From the NCBI RefSeq assembly GCF_001447785.1, contig NW_015175364.1:957340-1021339 (forward strand): 64,000 nucleotides of DNA. The letters are read 5' to 3'. The position numbers and the translations under genes are program-made. The notes under the pieces are model-generated. The model was given only the letters and a program-made list of their open reading frames with translations, ran no database searches and was not told the DNA's origin. Of this stretch, positions 48,842 through 61,543 are shown one piece after another. The stretch is from Gekko japonicus. Lineage: Eukaryota. Position 1 is the stretch's first letter. Every line of letters begins with the position of its first letter.

Positions 48842-50699
48842 TCAGAGCAACTGTAGGGATGTGCATTTTGGTGTGACGGATGAAGCAGATCATATTTACT
48901 GATGGCTTCTTTCTGCCAGGCACTATGTTACTGGTAAACAGATGCTTTCTAAAAGAAGTCTCATGACAAATTAAGGTCTTCCTGATTTAAACTCAATATA
49001 TAGCCATTTAAGTTAAGGGTATGAGGCATACCAGGAAAACTTCTTGAGGGTCAAAGGGAAAATCCCACCAGAACTCACTGCAGGAAAACCAGTCATGAGG
49101 CCACATGCCATCTAGAGTTTTTCATCTAATTTTTATCCCACCCTTCTTCAAAGTGTTCAGGGCTCATCTCACAGACGTTCCTCTTCCCCATGTTATCCTT
49201 ACAACAACACCATGGAGTAGGTTTAGGCTGGGACTGACCAGCCAGTTGGGGTCTCTCAAGGCCTAGCCCAGTTCTTGAACCAACTCTACCACATGGACTC
49301 CGCTGGAGAAGACTCCCCTGAGACAAACAGTCCCCACAAGGGCAAGTTCTATCTGGACTGTTTGCATAATATAAACTCCCTTTTGCTTTTACAAATATTA
49401 GCCACTGAAGGCTTCTCAAACAAGCCATCAATGTTGCTAGGCGACAATATAATAAAGCCACTAAAACGTGCTCAGACTGTGGTTTGTAATCAGGCAAGGT
49501 AAATTACTTGCTCTGGATACTCTCTCAGCATCTGTATTTTGAAGCATTTATTTGTTTTCGTGCTGAGAAGAAGACCAAAGGCTGAGAAAAGTAGTTTACT
49601 TAAAACAGTTTAATAGTGCTTTTCCACTAAGAATATCCAAAGTGGTTTACAAAAAGAGATAAAGAATAGTATATAAATAAAATCAACAAAAGTATCTGTA
49701 GCATGTAACAACCATGGAATGATACACTGAGCTACAGCTAGTACTAATACAATCACCACAGTGTTTAACCACAAGGAAGTGCATGATGCAACAGTTTAGT
49801 TATGTTTCTACCTTAAGGTTGCTACCTACAAAGAATCGTTTGCACAGTCACAAAACAAAAAGTGGACTGAGGAATAGATCAAGTAGAATTTTTTTAAAAA
49901 AAACAACTTTAAAATAAAGTTTCCTTCACAAAACTGCCTATGAAGGGCATACACGGTTTTGCCCTTGGCTTCTGCGACCTGTTGTTTCCTACAGGGGGGG
50001 GGGGAGAGAACCCATCTCCTGCTCCACACTTACAGGATAGCTCTGGAACCTTGATGCACACAACTTCCAGGGCACTAGCCTATCCTACCTTGAGCATCAG
50101 CTGGGGCAGCAGAAACAAGGGCAAGAATGCAAACAGCTTCTTCTGCCTTGTAGACCCTCTGCCATTGCCTCTTCTGGATTACGGATCTTTTACAACACCA
50201 ATAAGAGTGCAGCAAGCCACCATGATGATACCTGTTTCCAAGACAGTTATGCAAGAAGCAAGATTTCATTCCCAGGACAATTGCCATCTACAATACACTG
50301 AGGAAACAAAAGTGACTCTCTCTTACGGGGGAATTTTTATTGCTCTGAACCATGCCGTGAACCACGGCAGATATGTATTTTGACAACTAATACATTTGTT
50401 TCTCACATTTCCTGTAACTCAGGTGAGCAGGCAGTTTTAAGACTGTTTGTTCTTACACACTTCTGAGTTAAGCCAAGCCTAACTATTGTTCTGGAAGTGC
50501 TAAATTCCATGTAATTTTCATGTGACTGATGCTTGTCTGTAACTGTCAGCTGGATTGCCTTCCAGCTCAATGCAGCACTCAGCTGTATCCATCTGTGTTT
50601 TTAATAAGAGCTCTAACACTTAAGAGCTTGTAAATTCAACCCAATTAATGATATAAACAGGGCCAACTACCCTAACCCCTTCAGACTGTGAGCACTCCC

Positions 50700-50718
50700 T
50701 AGTGCCACCTAGTGGCTC
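50700..50718 (-). promoter_or_regulatory. Candidate CTCF binding site
   Basis: Minus strand GCCACTAGGTGGCACTA matches the CTCF core consensus CCASYAGRKGGCRS. Confidence 0.55.
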
Positions 50719-50754
50719 CTAAGTCAAATTGCTGTCTTCTAATTATAACATTTG

Positions 50755-50960
50755 AACAAAGTTAAGAGTCCAGTGGCACCTTTAAGACCAACAAAGTTTT
50801 ATTCAAGGTATGAGCTTTTGTGTGCACGCACACTTCCTCAGACACAATGAAATGGAAATAGAAATGACAGCCATACATATAGGGGGTGGGCAGTAAATTA
50901 GCATACAGAATAATGAAGATGTTTTTAACAGATTAAAAGATTAACAAGCTTAGTTATATG
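50755..50960 (-). mobile_element. Penelope-like element terminal fragment
   Basis: Same family as ~11675; hammerhead-like motif at 50808-50845. Confidence 0.65.
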
Positions 50961-51366
50961 GCTATCATCTGTTTGGGTTCAACTCATGGGAAAAAACACA
51001 GCAAGGAAATAAATATGTCAGAACTGGAGGTTGATGCATCCTTAATGGTGAGAGTCTGTCCTTGGGGTCCATATGGAAAAGGCAGCATACAAATTAAGTA
51101 AACAAACATGCAAAAATGCTGGTTCCAGAGATATTTAAGCAGGCTACGGGTACAACTCAGACAATGTATGGGTACTTCAATGCCACTGAAAGTAAAAGGA
51201 TTAAGCAGACAAACACTTCAATCTCTTAACATGTACATTAAAGAAACAGTTGAAAACAAAAAGAATATGCATGAGTAATATATCTGTACAGGCCATTTTC
51301 ACGGGGTTATTCTTAAATAAACTATGGCAATCTCACCTTTTTTCCTCCTTCACAACCAGGATTTCC

Positions 51367-51432
51367 CCTTCCTTCCTTCCTTCCTTCCTTCCTTCCTTCC
51401 TTCCTTCCTTCCTCCCTCCCTCCCTCCCTCCT
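51367..51432. repeat. (CCTT)n/(CCCT)n microsatellite
   Basis: Direct observation. Confidence 0.98.
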
Positions 51433-52361
51433 TCGTGGCCCCTGTCTCTATTTTCTTCTTATTAGTTGGTCTATGGCTCCACCCTGTCATGTTATTATAT
51501 ATTTTGAGGGACTTGAGGGAAGACATAAAATACCTGCTTACATTCTACTTCTGTAATGACATATGAGAGGCTTTTGAACGTTCAAAATAAATAAAATATT
51601 TTACTGAACTTGGAGGGGAAAAGGTCAAGCAGAATCAGGGATAGGCCGTACGATATGAATCAATAATAAAAACAGATGTAACTTTGTAATTACACTAAAT
51701 CCAGATAATACCTTGCCAACAAGAAAGTGATTTTGCTTTTCAACAAGGTCTTCGACACTTTGTGGAGAGAGGCTTTCTTTTCAGTGTCTGCTTAAACACT
51801 CAAGCATAGGTTGATCACTCTTCGTCTTAGAGCTATTTCCCTTTCCACTTGGCAAGAATTAATTCTCTTTACTAGCTCTGTCCTTTTCAGCTTGAATGGG
51901 GATCCACTGTGATCCATTCACTCCTTCAGCCTCTTTCCCAGTCCACAGTCAGTGCTAAACTGTCTCTTCTTCAACTGTCAGTTCCCAACTGTCATTCCAC
52001 AGAATCCCCTTTGAAGAGACTGTCACTCAAAGGTTCTCAGATTCTGTGAAGCATTACCCCTTGACAGTCCATCACAGAGACAAATTCAGCATTTCTAAAA
52101 ATTGCCAATAATGTTAAAGGCTACAGTCCTTTAATCTATATCTGTGGAGTATTGTTTTGTATGTCATACCATTTGCTGTCTCATTCTGTATTATATTTAT
52201 GGCTGTGGTTTAGAAAATAGTCTTATTTTTGTTCACTCACACAGATATTGCTGTATTTTAAAAAGCAAATTCCCAAGGAGAAAATAGTTTCTGTGGAGAA
52301 GTCCTTTTTAAAAAACAACAACTGAATGTATCATTCATTCTCTTGTAGCTTATCTATGTTG

Positions 52362-52632
52362 AGAGCCTGTGTGGTAATAGTGATTAGAGTGTCAGACTAG
52401 GATCCGGGAGACCCAGGTTTGAATCCCCACTCTATCTTGAAAGCTTGCTGGGTGACCTTCAGCCAGTCACATACTCTCAGCTAATCTACTTCTTGGCATT
52501 GTTTGAGAATAAAATGGAGGAGGGGAGATCTATGTAAGCCACTTTGGGTCCTCATTGGAGACAAGAGGGATATAAGTTGCTCTTGGGTCCCCATGTGGTG
52601 AAAAGGCAGGGTACAAAGGAAGCAAAATAAAT
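52362..52632 (+). mobile_element. Squam3-like tRNA SINE with a duplicated tail segment
   Basis: tagagtgtcagactaggatccgggagacccaggtttgaatccccactc; ttgggtcc occurs twice in the tail. Confidence 0.75.
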
Positions 52633-53804
52633 AAATCCATCTGTTTGTTGACTTTTTATACACAGAGTTACCATTAAAAGCAGTCATGCACACTGAGCCC
52701 TGATACTGAGCCCCAGAGAGTTCACCACCAAAGTTCACGACCATAGTGTTGTCCTTTTGTGGGCTGAGTGAAGATTGGTAATGGGATACCTACGTTAAGT
52801 CTTAGTGAGAAAGGCAAACAATAAATGAAGCAAAAAAGTAAATGAAATACTTTACAGTGGCTTGTACCAACGGTTCTGCCACCATTTTCTTTTACTTAAA
52901 AAAACCAGTGTTGGCTGCCAGTGAAATTTTAAAAAACACAAAAATGTAGGAAGCGTGTAACTAAAATGTCTATTTTGGGTTCCGGTACACAGGAAGCTAC
53001 CTTATACCACTAGTCTACCAAGGTCAGTCTTGTCTACTCTGACTGGCAGTGGCTCTCCAGGGTCTCAGCCTTTTAATTGGAGATGCCATATCAGGATTTG
53101 AAACCAGGTCGATGCTCTACCACTGAGGAACAGCCCCCTTCCCACTGTACAGAGTGCAAAAGTCCTGTCTACAGAGTATAAACAGAAAGGAAATCATAAG
53201 GGACGAGAGAAAACAAAATATTAAAAGCAGATCCCATTTCAGAGTTAAAGGATTGATAGTGTAATCTTATATAGAGCTGTTCCAATCTAAACCCACTGAT
53301 TTCATTTGGCTTAGCCTGGAGTAACTCTACTTCAGCTTACACTGTAAGCGTCTTAAGACCGCTAGATAGCAGTGACTTTGTGTAGTTGCTTGTTTTGCAT
53401 AATTTAAAAAAATGGACTGTCCTTTCCTTCCCAACGTTCCCTTGCATTGACAAGAGAGTGGGGACACAGACATTCATCTCGGTTACCATTAAGACCAGGC
53501 TGCTATTACAAATCTGGACAACTGAGCAACATGCAAACATTAAACTTGCAATGCTGCAAGCAAAAATATCTGTTTGCCTAACATTTATTGATATTTTAAA
53601 AATATTTAATTGCCTAACATTTGGCACATGGTCTTTCTTTTCTGAAATTCACATCAGACTCCAGCTGGCTCCCAAACCATTTTGCAGCCTCTTGATCCTG
53701 TGCTTTATTCAGCATCAGTGCCATGAGGAAGATAAAACGTGCACCAGGGAAGTAGCTATTGGTGCACCATCCTTGAACTGCTAGTGTTGCAGTTAAGGAC
53801 AAGG

Positions 53805-54020
53805 AGCGGCCTGAATAGCCCAGACTAGCCTGACCTCATCAAAGCTTGGAAGTAAAGCAGGGTTAGCCATGGTTAAGGTTACCAGATGTCCTCTGGATGG
53901 GAGATCAAAGAAGGTGCGGGGCTCCTATGCAAAGGCAGGCAAAGGCAAACCACCTGCACATGTCTCTTGCCTAGAAAATCCCATAGGGGGTTGTCATAAG
54001 TCAGTTGTGACTAGACAGCC
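53805..54020 (+). mobile_element. 5S rRNA-derived SINE, older copy
   Basis: agcccagactagcctgacctcatc...ggatgggaga...gtcataagtcagttgtgact. Confidence 0.65.
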
Positions 54021-55889
54021 CATAATTATTATTATCTGGGTATCAAATCCCAAGATTTTCCCAAGAGGTTTTCAAATAATTCACACACTTAAAAGAGCTG
54101 ACCAAGGCAGTATCCCTGCTCCAACAAACCCCACAACATTTGACAGTTTCCACTTCATGACAGTCAAAACAAAAACCATGATTGCCTCCCACTTCAAACT
54201 CTATGGAAAGTTACTATTTCCAGCTCCTGTGTACACTTTGAGAAACAGGTACCACCAAGTAATGTTGAACAGAATGATTTCTACAGCAATGCAAACACAT
54301 CTAGAGTAAATATCTTTTGAGTCTTCTGTCAATACTCCAAGGTAAGCAATGGGAGAGGAAGAGGGAGGGAAGGATGGAGGTATGAACAAAACACAGAAAA
54401 CAAAATCCAACTGATCATGCAAGTTGTGAAGCTTTATTCACATTTGAAAACATTTCTATAACGTTCTCTCTAAAACATACAACTTCAAATGTTCCAGTAT
54501 CTTGAAAACTGGCAGCACTGATTTTCTATTCACTTGGCTTTGCACCAGTCCTTTGAATTCCATCCAGCATGCTTTAGGATTGAAAGAAGTTTGAAAATAT
54601 GGCAGGCAGAAAACACAAAGAAAAACCTACAACTTAAATAAATCAAAATTCCCATTTCTTAAATAACCAGGTTGGGTTTCGACCATGCTGTGACACATGG
54701 GGGAAGTCTTAATGTAATCAGTGTTTCCTTTTTCTACAACACAGAATTATCTCTGATTTTATCAGGTTAAATTTATTTATTTATTTATTTTATTTACTTG
54801 GGATTTATATCCCGCCCTACCCAAGCGGTCCAGGGCATTGTCAGTAGAAATGCTCCAAAGAGCATGATTGTTTTAATTTATAAGATACAAAAGAATTTTA
54901 TTCTATATTAAGGGTCGAGGTATACATGATAGGCCAGATCTGTGATTAGAATATATCTTACAGTATTTTAAAGCTTATTAACTAACCCTGCTTCGCAGTT
55001 TTGAATATCAAGGACACATTGCTGGAAATGAGATTTCAACCTTTTCCTTCCACGATTTAAATTGTCTCCCATGAACCTGTGGTTAGGTCCTAGCCCCAGG
55101 GGACATGGGGGTGGTGGTGTAAGAAGTTAACAGCACATGTACCTCTCCCCACACACCATTTAAATCATGGGGAAAGCATGGCAGGAAAGGATTTCCCAGC
55201 AGCCCTAGGGCTCCTTCCCCATGCTTCAAAGCAGCCACAAGAGTCCGCTAATGAGCTTTGTAGAAACTGTCGGAGATCATGGATCACCCTACTCATAGCT
55301 AGTTTTGCTTTTAAATTACTGGTCATTTAAACCCAGCATCAACTGCTAATCACTGGTAGTGACTCTCTAAAATCTAAGCAAAGATATTTTCCAGCACAGA
55401 GATACCAAGGATTGTGTTAAAATATTACTCATACAAAATATGAGCTCCGCAGATGAGCTATTGGCTGTCCCTCTCAATTAGTCTTTGTGTTTGGAAAAGC
55501 AACAGGCAAGTCGCCTGGAAATGGAGCTTTTGAAACCCTTGATACAAAAAGGGAAAGAAAGCAAATGGAAGCAAAAAAGCAAACCCCAAAACAAAGCTAT
55601 GAAAGTTATGAAAGAGAATAAATACTAACTCTTCCCAGATTTTCAGGTGACAGGATATACGGCCTGTTACGAAACAATACAACACTTCAATACTATTACC
55701 ATGCCAAACCAAATCATTCCCAGTGTTATCTTGCCTGCACTCAGTGAATCCAGCTGACAGCAAGAGAATGATCACACCGTGAGTTAAGCAAATTCCCTGC
55801 CTTCTGGGAGGTGCCTGCTGGACTAGGAGAAAGTGAAATGCCCATGACAGTAAGTTGCCATGATTCTCACTAGTAGTCGTAATCATAAA

Positions 55890-56240
55890 ACCACTGCTGC
55901 TGGATCAGAACAGTGGGTCATTTCCCTGGGCAGCCAACAAGATGCCTCTGGAAAGTGCTGGTTATGACGGCAACAATATTTTACACACACACACACACAT
56001 ACACACACTGCTGCCACAGTTCAGCAACTAGAACTCAGTGGCATGCTGTTTATGAATCCTGGCAAATAGCCAGTTGATAGCCACCTCTCCCCCCATGAAT
56101 TTATCTATCCCTTTTAAAGCCATCTAAGCTCGTGGCCATCACCATATCCTGCGGCACCAAAGTCCAGATGTTAATTACACTTTGTACTTCTTTTTGTTTA
56201 TGCAGAGTCTACTAAAATATCAGTTTCATTGGGTGACCCT
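55890..56240 (-). mobile_element. Old CR1 3' fragment
   Basis: catgaatttatctatcccttttaaagcc...tggccatcaccatatcctg is the reverse complement of the CR1 pattern at 10980-11045. Confidence 0.6.
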
Positions 56241-57292
56241 GGGTTGCACAAAGGCAAATCAGCAATGCACTGTGGCTACCACGGGTGATATAATCTTTAT
56301 TACAGCTTAGCAAGGGACATAGTACAGCCTATAGGCCTACTCTAGCTGCCATATATACATAAAGCTACTTTGCTATATATTTCTTGCCCAGCAGTTCCTA
56401 TTCATGGTTCCCATTTTTCCTAATAATTTCTTACTATTTATTCCCATTGAGCAGATATTTATTTATTTACTCTATGGATAGAGGTATTTTCCACATGAGA
56501 ATGGGGTCTGAGTGCTTTCCCCATTGCTGCTGAGCTTAGCGATGCAGGACAATGGAAATGGATTTCCTCATGGCAGATTTCCCTGCATTTCTCCTACACT
56601 AGTCCCCCATAGCAGCCATCTGTCCCCACCACCACTGTAGGGCGTCTCATGTATTTTTTTTTAAAGTTGGCAACTGATATTACAACAATATGTCCAGTCC
56701 TCTGAATTTCTAGCTTTCATTTTAAGAAATAAGTCTCTAGTCCATCTCCTTGTGGAGATATAAGAGGAAAGGCATATCTCTACAAAGAAAGAGGCTGAAA
56801 ACTTACTCTGTATTACTCTGCTCAGGAGGTCTGAACTTTCCCATCCACATGGATGCCACCTTGGCTTTGCAGCAACCTTCCCAAAACAGTGTTGCAAAGA
56901 AAGACGGGGGAACTCCAGGAGGTGCACAGAAGCACCACAATGCTATAGGGATGCAGGGGGGAAAACCCTGCTTCTCGAGAATGTCCAAAGTAGGGAAAAC
57001 AACCCACATCTAAGTGATCAGAAGGTCTGAGGTCAAGAGCTACCACCCATGATTGTCCAGAGACCCCCTGGTTCAGCTGGGCTTCCATAACCCCACCAGC
57101 ACTATCCACTACACTGCTCCTCTCATTCCCCCCTCCCATATTCAGTTATTTAAATACTTATGTCCCATCATTCCCTTGTTGCTCAAGGTGGCTTATAGTT
57201 CCAATTTGTAGGAAACATCATATAGCTGACCTTGGACCTCTATGGAGAAAAAAACGAAACACACTGTTGAAGGCTGGAACTTTGTGCCCTAC

Positions 57293-57540
57293 CTTGCAGG
57301 AGGCACATCAATGTTTGAAGATACAACTTTGCGCTTCTGTTCAAGAAGGCAGACTGAACGCGTGCTTTCTTTCTCATGCTCGTGGACTCTGCCAGGCTTT
57401 TTGGTGTCTGCTGTTTTGGAATCCTCCTCCTTCATACCCAGCAGGAAAAAATGTTGGTCTGACAGTTTTTGATTCAGGCCACTTTTTACATCCTCCCGCT
57501 GGAATGCTGTGAAGGTCATTTCACGCTTGATGCTGGCTGC
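57293..57540 (-). CDS. ZNF704: ZNF704 coding exon (first in window; ATG at 57519, frame open back to acceptor)
   Basis: Acceptor ttttgcag|GCA and donor GCA AG|gtag. Encodes [20 protein letters not shown]...[41 protein letters not shown], matching the recalled mammalian ZNF704 N-terminus. Ends in phase 2. Confidence 0.95.
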
Positions 57541-58420
57541 CTGCAAAATTAAAAGCGATTATTAGATTTTGTACAAGTCGTGTTAAAAGAGGGGCAGACA
57601 TAGCCTGCAGGCACCCAATTCTATTTAGTAGCTGTGAGTCACCCCTTTGCTTCACAGTCATGAGAAAGCTCTTCTTCTTTTTTTTGCTCTAGAAATATTT
57701 GCTAATTGTCAAGGCTGCCCTCTTGAGAGCGTTCCCCTCACAGCAAGAGTCTGCTCAGCAGAGAGCACCCTGCCTTGCCGCAGGAACTTCCTCTCTTCAT
57801 CAGATATCTTTTTTCGCTGTTCTAACAAGTCTCTTCTGTGCAACCCTGAGGTCTGAACCTTTTTATCAATGAAACATGAGATTCCAAAGACTCCACTCAG
57901 AAGTCGGTACTTCTCTCTATACTGCGGCTTCTTGTAGTACGTACGGGTGTGGTCTGGTTTGAGGAGCCTACGGCTGCTTCCATGTGGATGATTCTCTGTG
58001 TACCTCTCATTGCTGCCCTTTTAACTCCACAACAAAAAAGGGTAGACATTATCTCTTCAGGGATAATGAACTCCTTGTCTACTGGAAGCTTTTGTGACTG
58101 TTGCTTCTTGGTGGCCAGAAGATACTGGCTGCCTTCCTCAAGCTCTTTTAAAAAATTGGGAATTGTGAGATCGCTATAGTGTTCTCATACAGCCATCTAG
58201 TTTCCAGCTTTCATTTTAAAAAGTGTCTGCCATCCAGTGTGTGTGTGTGTGTGGGGGGGGTGGCAATGTGGGTAGGACATGTAAAAATGCACACTTTCCT
58301 GTCCACAGCATGAAAAGTGACATGACTGCAGTCCTTCCAAAAAGGTTGTAACAGAGCATGTTTGGGAAAGATCAGAGCAAAACTAGGGAAAACAAAGAAG
58401 CAGAATAAACAAACTATGAC

Positions 58421-60027
58421 ATTATTTATTTATTTATTTATTTATTATATTTGTATCCCGCCCATCCCGCAAGCGGGCTCAGGGCGGCTAACACTGCGGT
58501 ACAATGTACCTAAATGACATATAAAACTTAAAATTCTATAAAATATCATAAACAATGCATTAAAACATACATTAATAATTTCTGCTAAAATGCATACAGT
58601 AGAACATATTGGATGGCGCGCTTCCAGGTCTCATACTACTTATTACGCCACTCATCATCCCTCGTATCGGTAAGACTAGCGCTATCCAGGACCAGATCTC
58701 AGATCCCAGCCGTCACTAGGACCATTGGTGGTAACAGTGGTGGCGGCTCCTATTGGAAGGCCTGGTGGAAGAGCTCCGTCTTGCAGGCCCTGCGGAACTG
58801 CAAAAGGTCCCGCAGGGCCCTGATCTCCTCCGGGAGCTCGTTCCACCAGTGGGGAGCCGCCACCGAAAAGGCTCTGGCCCTAGTGCTGGTGAGCCTTGCC
58901 TCCTTGGGGCCCGGGATGGTCAACCGGTGTTGGGCCCCAGACCGTAGTGCTCTCTGGGGTATATATGGGGAAAGGCGGTCCCTCAGGTAGGTCGGACCCT
59001 GGCCATGTAGGGCTTTAAAGGTAAGCACCAGCACCTTGAAACGAATCCGGTATGCTATAGGCAGCCAGTGCAGTGACCTAAGCACTGGCTGGATGTGCTC
59101 CCACCGCGGAGAGCCCATCAACAGCCTAGCCGCGGCGTTCTGCACTAGCTGCAGCTTCCGGATTTGAGACAAGGGCAGCCCCATGTAGAGAGCGTTGCAG
59201 TAGTCAAGTCTCGAGGTGACCGTCGCATGGATCACCGTTGCCAGGTCACGGCGGTCAAGGAAGGGCACCAACTGCCGAACCAGCCAAAGATGATAAAAGG
59301 CCGATTTGGCAGTGGCCGCTACCTGGGCCTCCATTGTCAGGGAGGCATCCAAGAGCACCCCCAAACTCCTAACCCTCGACGCTGGCACTAGAGGTGCCCC
59401 GTCAAAGGCCGGGAGCGGGGCCCCCAACCCTGCACCGCCACGACTCAGGCACAGGACCTCCGTCTTCGCCGGATTTAGCTTCAACCTGCTCAGCCGAAGC
59501 CAACCAGCCACAGCTTGCAAAGCCCGGTCCAGATCTTCCGGTCTGGAGTCCGACCGGCCACCCAACATCAGATAGAGCTGGGTGTCATCAGCGTACTGAT
59601 GACAACCCAGCCCGAACCTCCGAGCCACCTGGGCAAGGGGGCGCATAAAGATGTTAAATAACATAGAGGACAGTACTGCGCCCTGGGGTACGCCACACTC
59701 AAGAGGGCGCCTTCCGGACTGCTGCTCCCCAAGCACCACCCTTTGTTCCCGACCCTGGAGAAAAGAGACAAGCCACTGTAAAGCCAGTCCCTGTATTCCC
59801 ACGTCGGCGAGGCGGTGGGCGAGCAGCCGGTGGTCGACCATGTCGAACGCAGCCGACAGGTCTAGCAACAGCAGCACCGCCGAACCACCCCAATCCAGGT
59901 GCCTACGGAGGTCGTCAGTAAGGGCGACCAACGCCGTCTCCGTCCCATGACCCGGGCGGAAGCCGGACTGGAAGGGATCAAGAGTAGAAGCGTCATCCAG
60001 AAAACCCTGCAGTTGTACCGCCATCAC
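58421..60027 (-). mobile_element. Young 5'-truncated L2 LINE with an uninterrupted RT/C-terminal frame
   Basis: ORF 58750-60027 (LDPFQSGFRPGHGTETAL...GVPQG...YADDTQLY...KLNPAKTE) without stops; CpG-rich; (ATTT)n tail. Confidence 0.95.
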
Positions 60028-61543
60028 TGCTATCATGAAGCCAAAGTGGAACAAAACAGCCATGTTCTTTACGGCTCAAGACTAACTGCTGGTCTATATT
60101 GCCTTGCCTGATCCCATATAAATTTAAGTTTTCACTGGTAACTAAACATCCAGACTGGCCACTTCTAGCAGCAGAATACCAGTCCAGATGGGCCATGATG
60201 TCATTTCTTGATTCTTTCATTAAGAATTTTCAACGCTGCATTCCCATCTCAAACTTAAGCAATTACAAGCTAACATATTTGCCTTAATAAAAGATGCAAG
60301 GATTACATAGTAATAAAGTGATTCTAGATTGTTACCTGACTTAACACAAACAAACCAGTAGGATAATCAAGCACCAAAAGTCTTTTGACCACTGAGACTT
60401 GAATTTTAGGCCATATCTAGACAAGCTCTTTGTGCATTAGCAGGCTGTGTTGGTGGCGTCCACTAATATTCTCCATATCTGCTCAGAGAGCCGTCCTCCA
60501 CCAATGCATCCCTGAACTAGTGGAATAGCTTGTGTGCTTGCAATCCTTGAGAGTGTCAAGCAGAAGCAGCGTCATATGGGTGCCCATGCACCATCTCTCC
60601 TTCTCAACGTGCTCCTGACCACTCTCAGCAATCCTCTTCCTGACATCCTACTACTCCAAAGTCAAATGTATTGTTACAGTCAACGACCAGTGCACTCAGT
60701 AATTTTACATAAAAACATTTGAAATCCTACTACTCCACTGAAGAGGGAGGAGAAAACAAGACCTCAAAGACTACATCAGGCATTTAAATTCTTAGGATTA
60801 CCAGAAGGACTGAAAAGATTCTTGTTTGAAGCTACTGTAAATATCTACAAAGGAGTTCAAATACTTCTTATTAAGTGGGATAAGGGTGACAAGCCTGTAT
60901 TCTCAATGTCAAGAAAGGTATCTCTAATTTGATCTCAGATTCTTAGACAGCTACAGAGTTATCTCCCATTCACCTTCCCCACTGGCTATTTACACTGACC
61001 AAATGGGAATGCCTTGACACAGAAGAATACGCTGACACAAATTAGACATTAAAACCAGAAGAACTCAGAAACCAGCAGGGGAAAATTCAATAACATTGGA
61101 TATTTAAAAACAACAGACATGTAATTTCTTTTATTATGACCAACCAAATTAACAGAAAAGATTTCTGTGGGGAATTCCAGCTATTTACTGGGAATGAATA
61201 TGCACTATATAAACTGAGAATGTCTAGCTTGTCTTTAGAATATTCCTCTTGTTTTGCCAGTTCACTGCCTGTTTGAAGCTGTCTTTACCTACTCCAAATG
61301 GATAGACTTTTGATTGGAGCTTGCCTTCATAATACAACATATCTATCTCCTTAACCACTAGGCAGGCTTTCTGGCCTCAGTTTATAACGATATTCCTTCC
61401 CCTCATTTCTTGTACCAATGCATGTATATTTCTGCCAGCCAACATTAGCACTTAATGAATCCAACACAGTGGATTCTGGCTCATGAAAGCTTATACCATA
61501 ATAAATCTGTTGGTCTTTAAGGGACCACCACAAGACTCTGACA

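Noticed and set aside
8535-57540. ZNF395 or SLC2A4RG as the gene identity
   Set aside because: The MTF...[21 protein letters not shown]-terminus and the [14 protein letters not shown] and [10 protein letters not shown] motifs match ZNF704 specifically.
58613-59950. Plus-strand ORFs over the L2
   Set aside because: Antisense shadows of a GC-rich coding sequence.
60028-60063. Start MAVLFHFGF of the 437-aa ORF as a real gene start
   Set aside because: Flanking DNA is fortuitously in frame with a 5'-truncated L2; there is no evidence of domestication.
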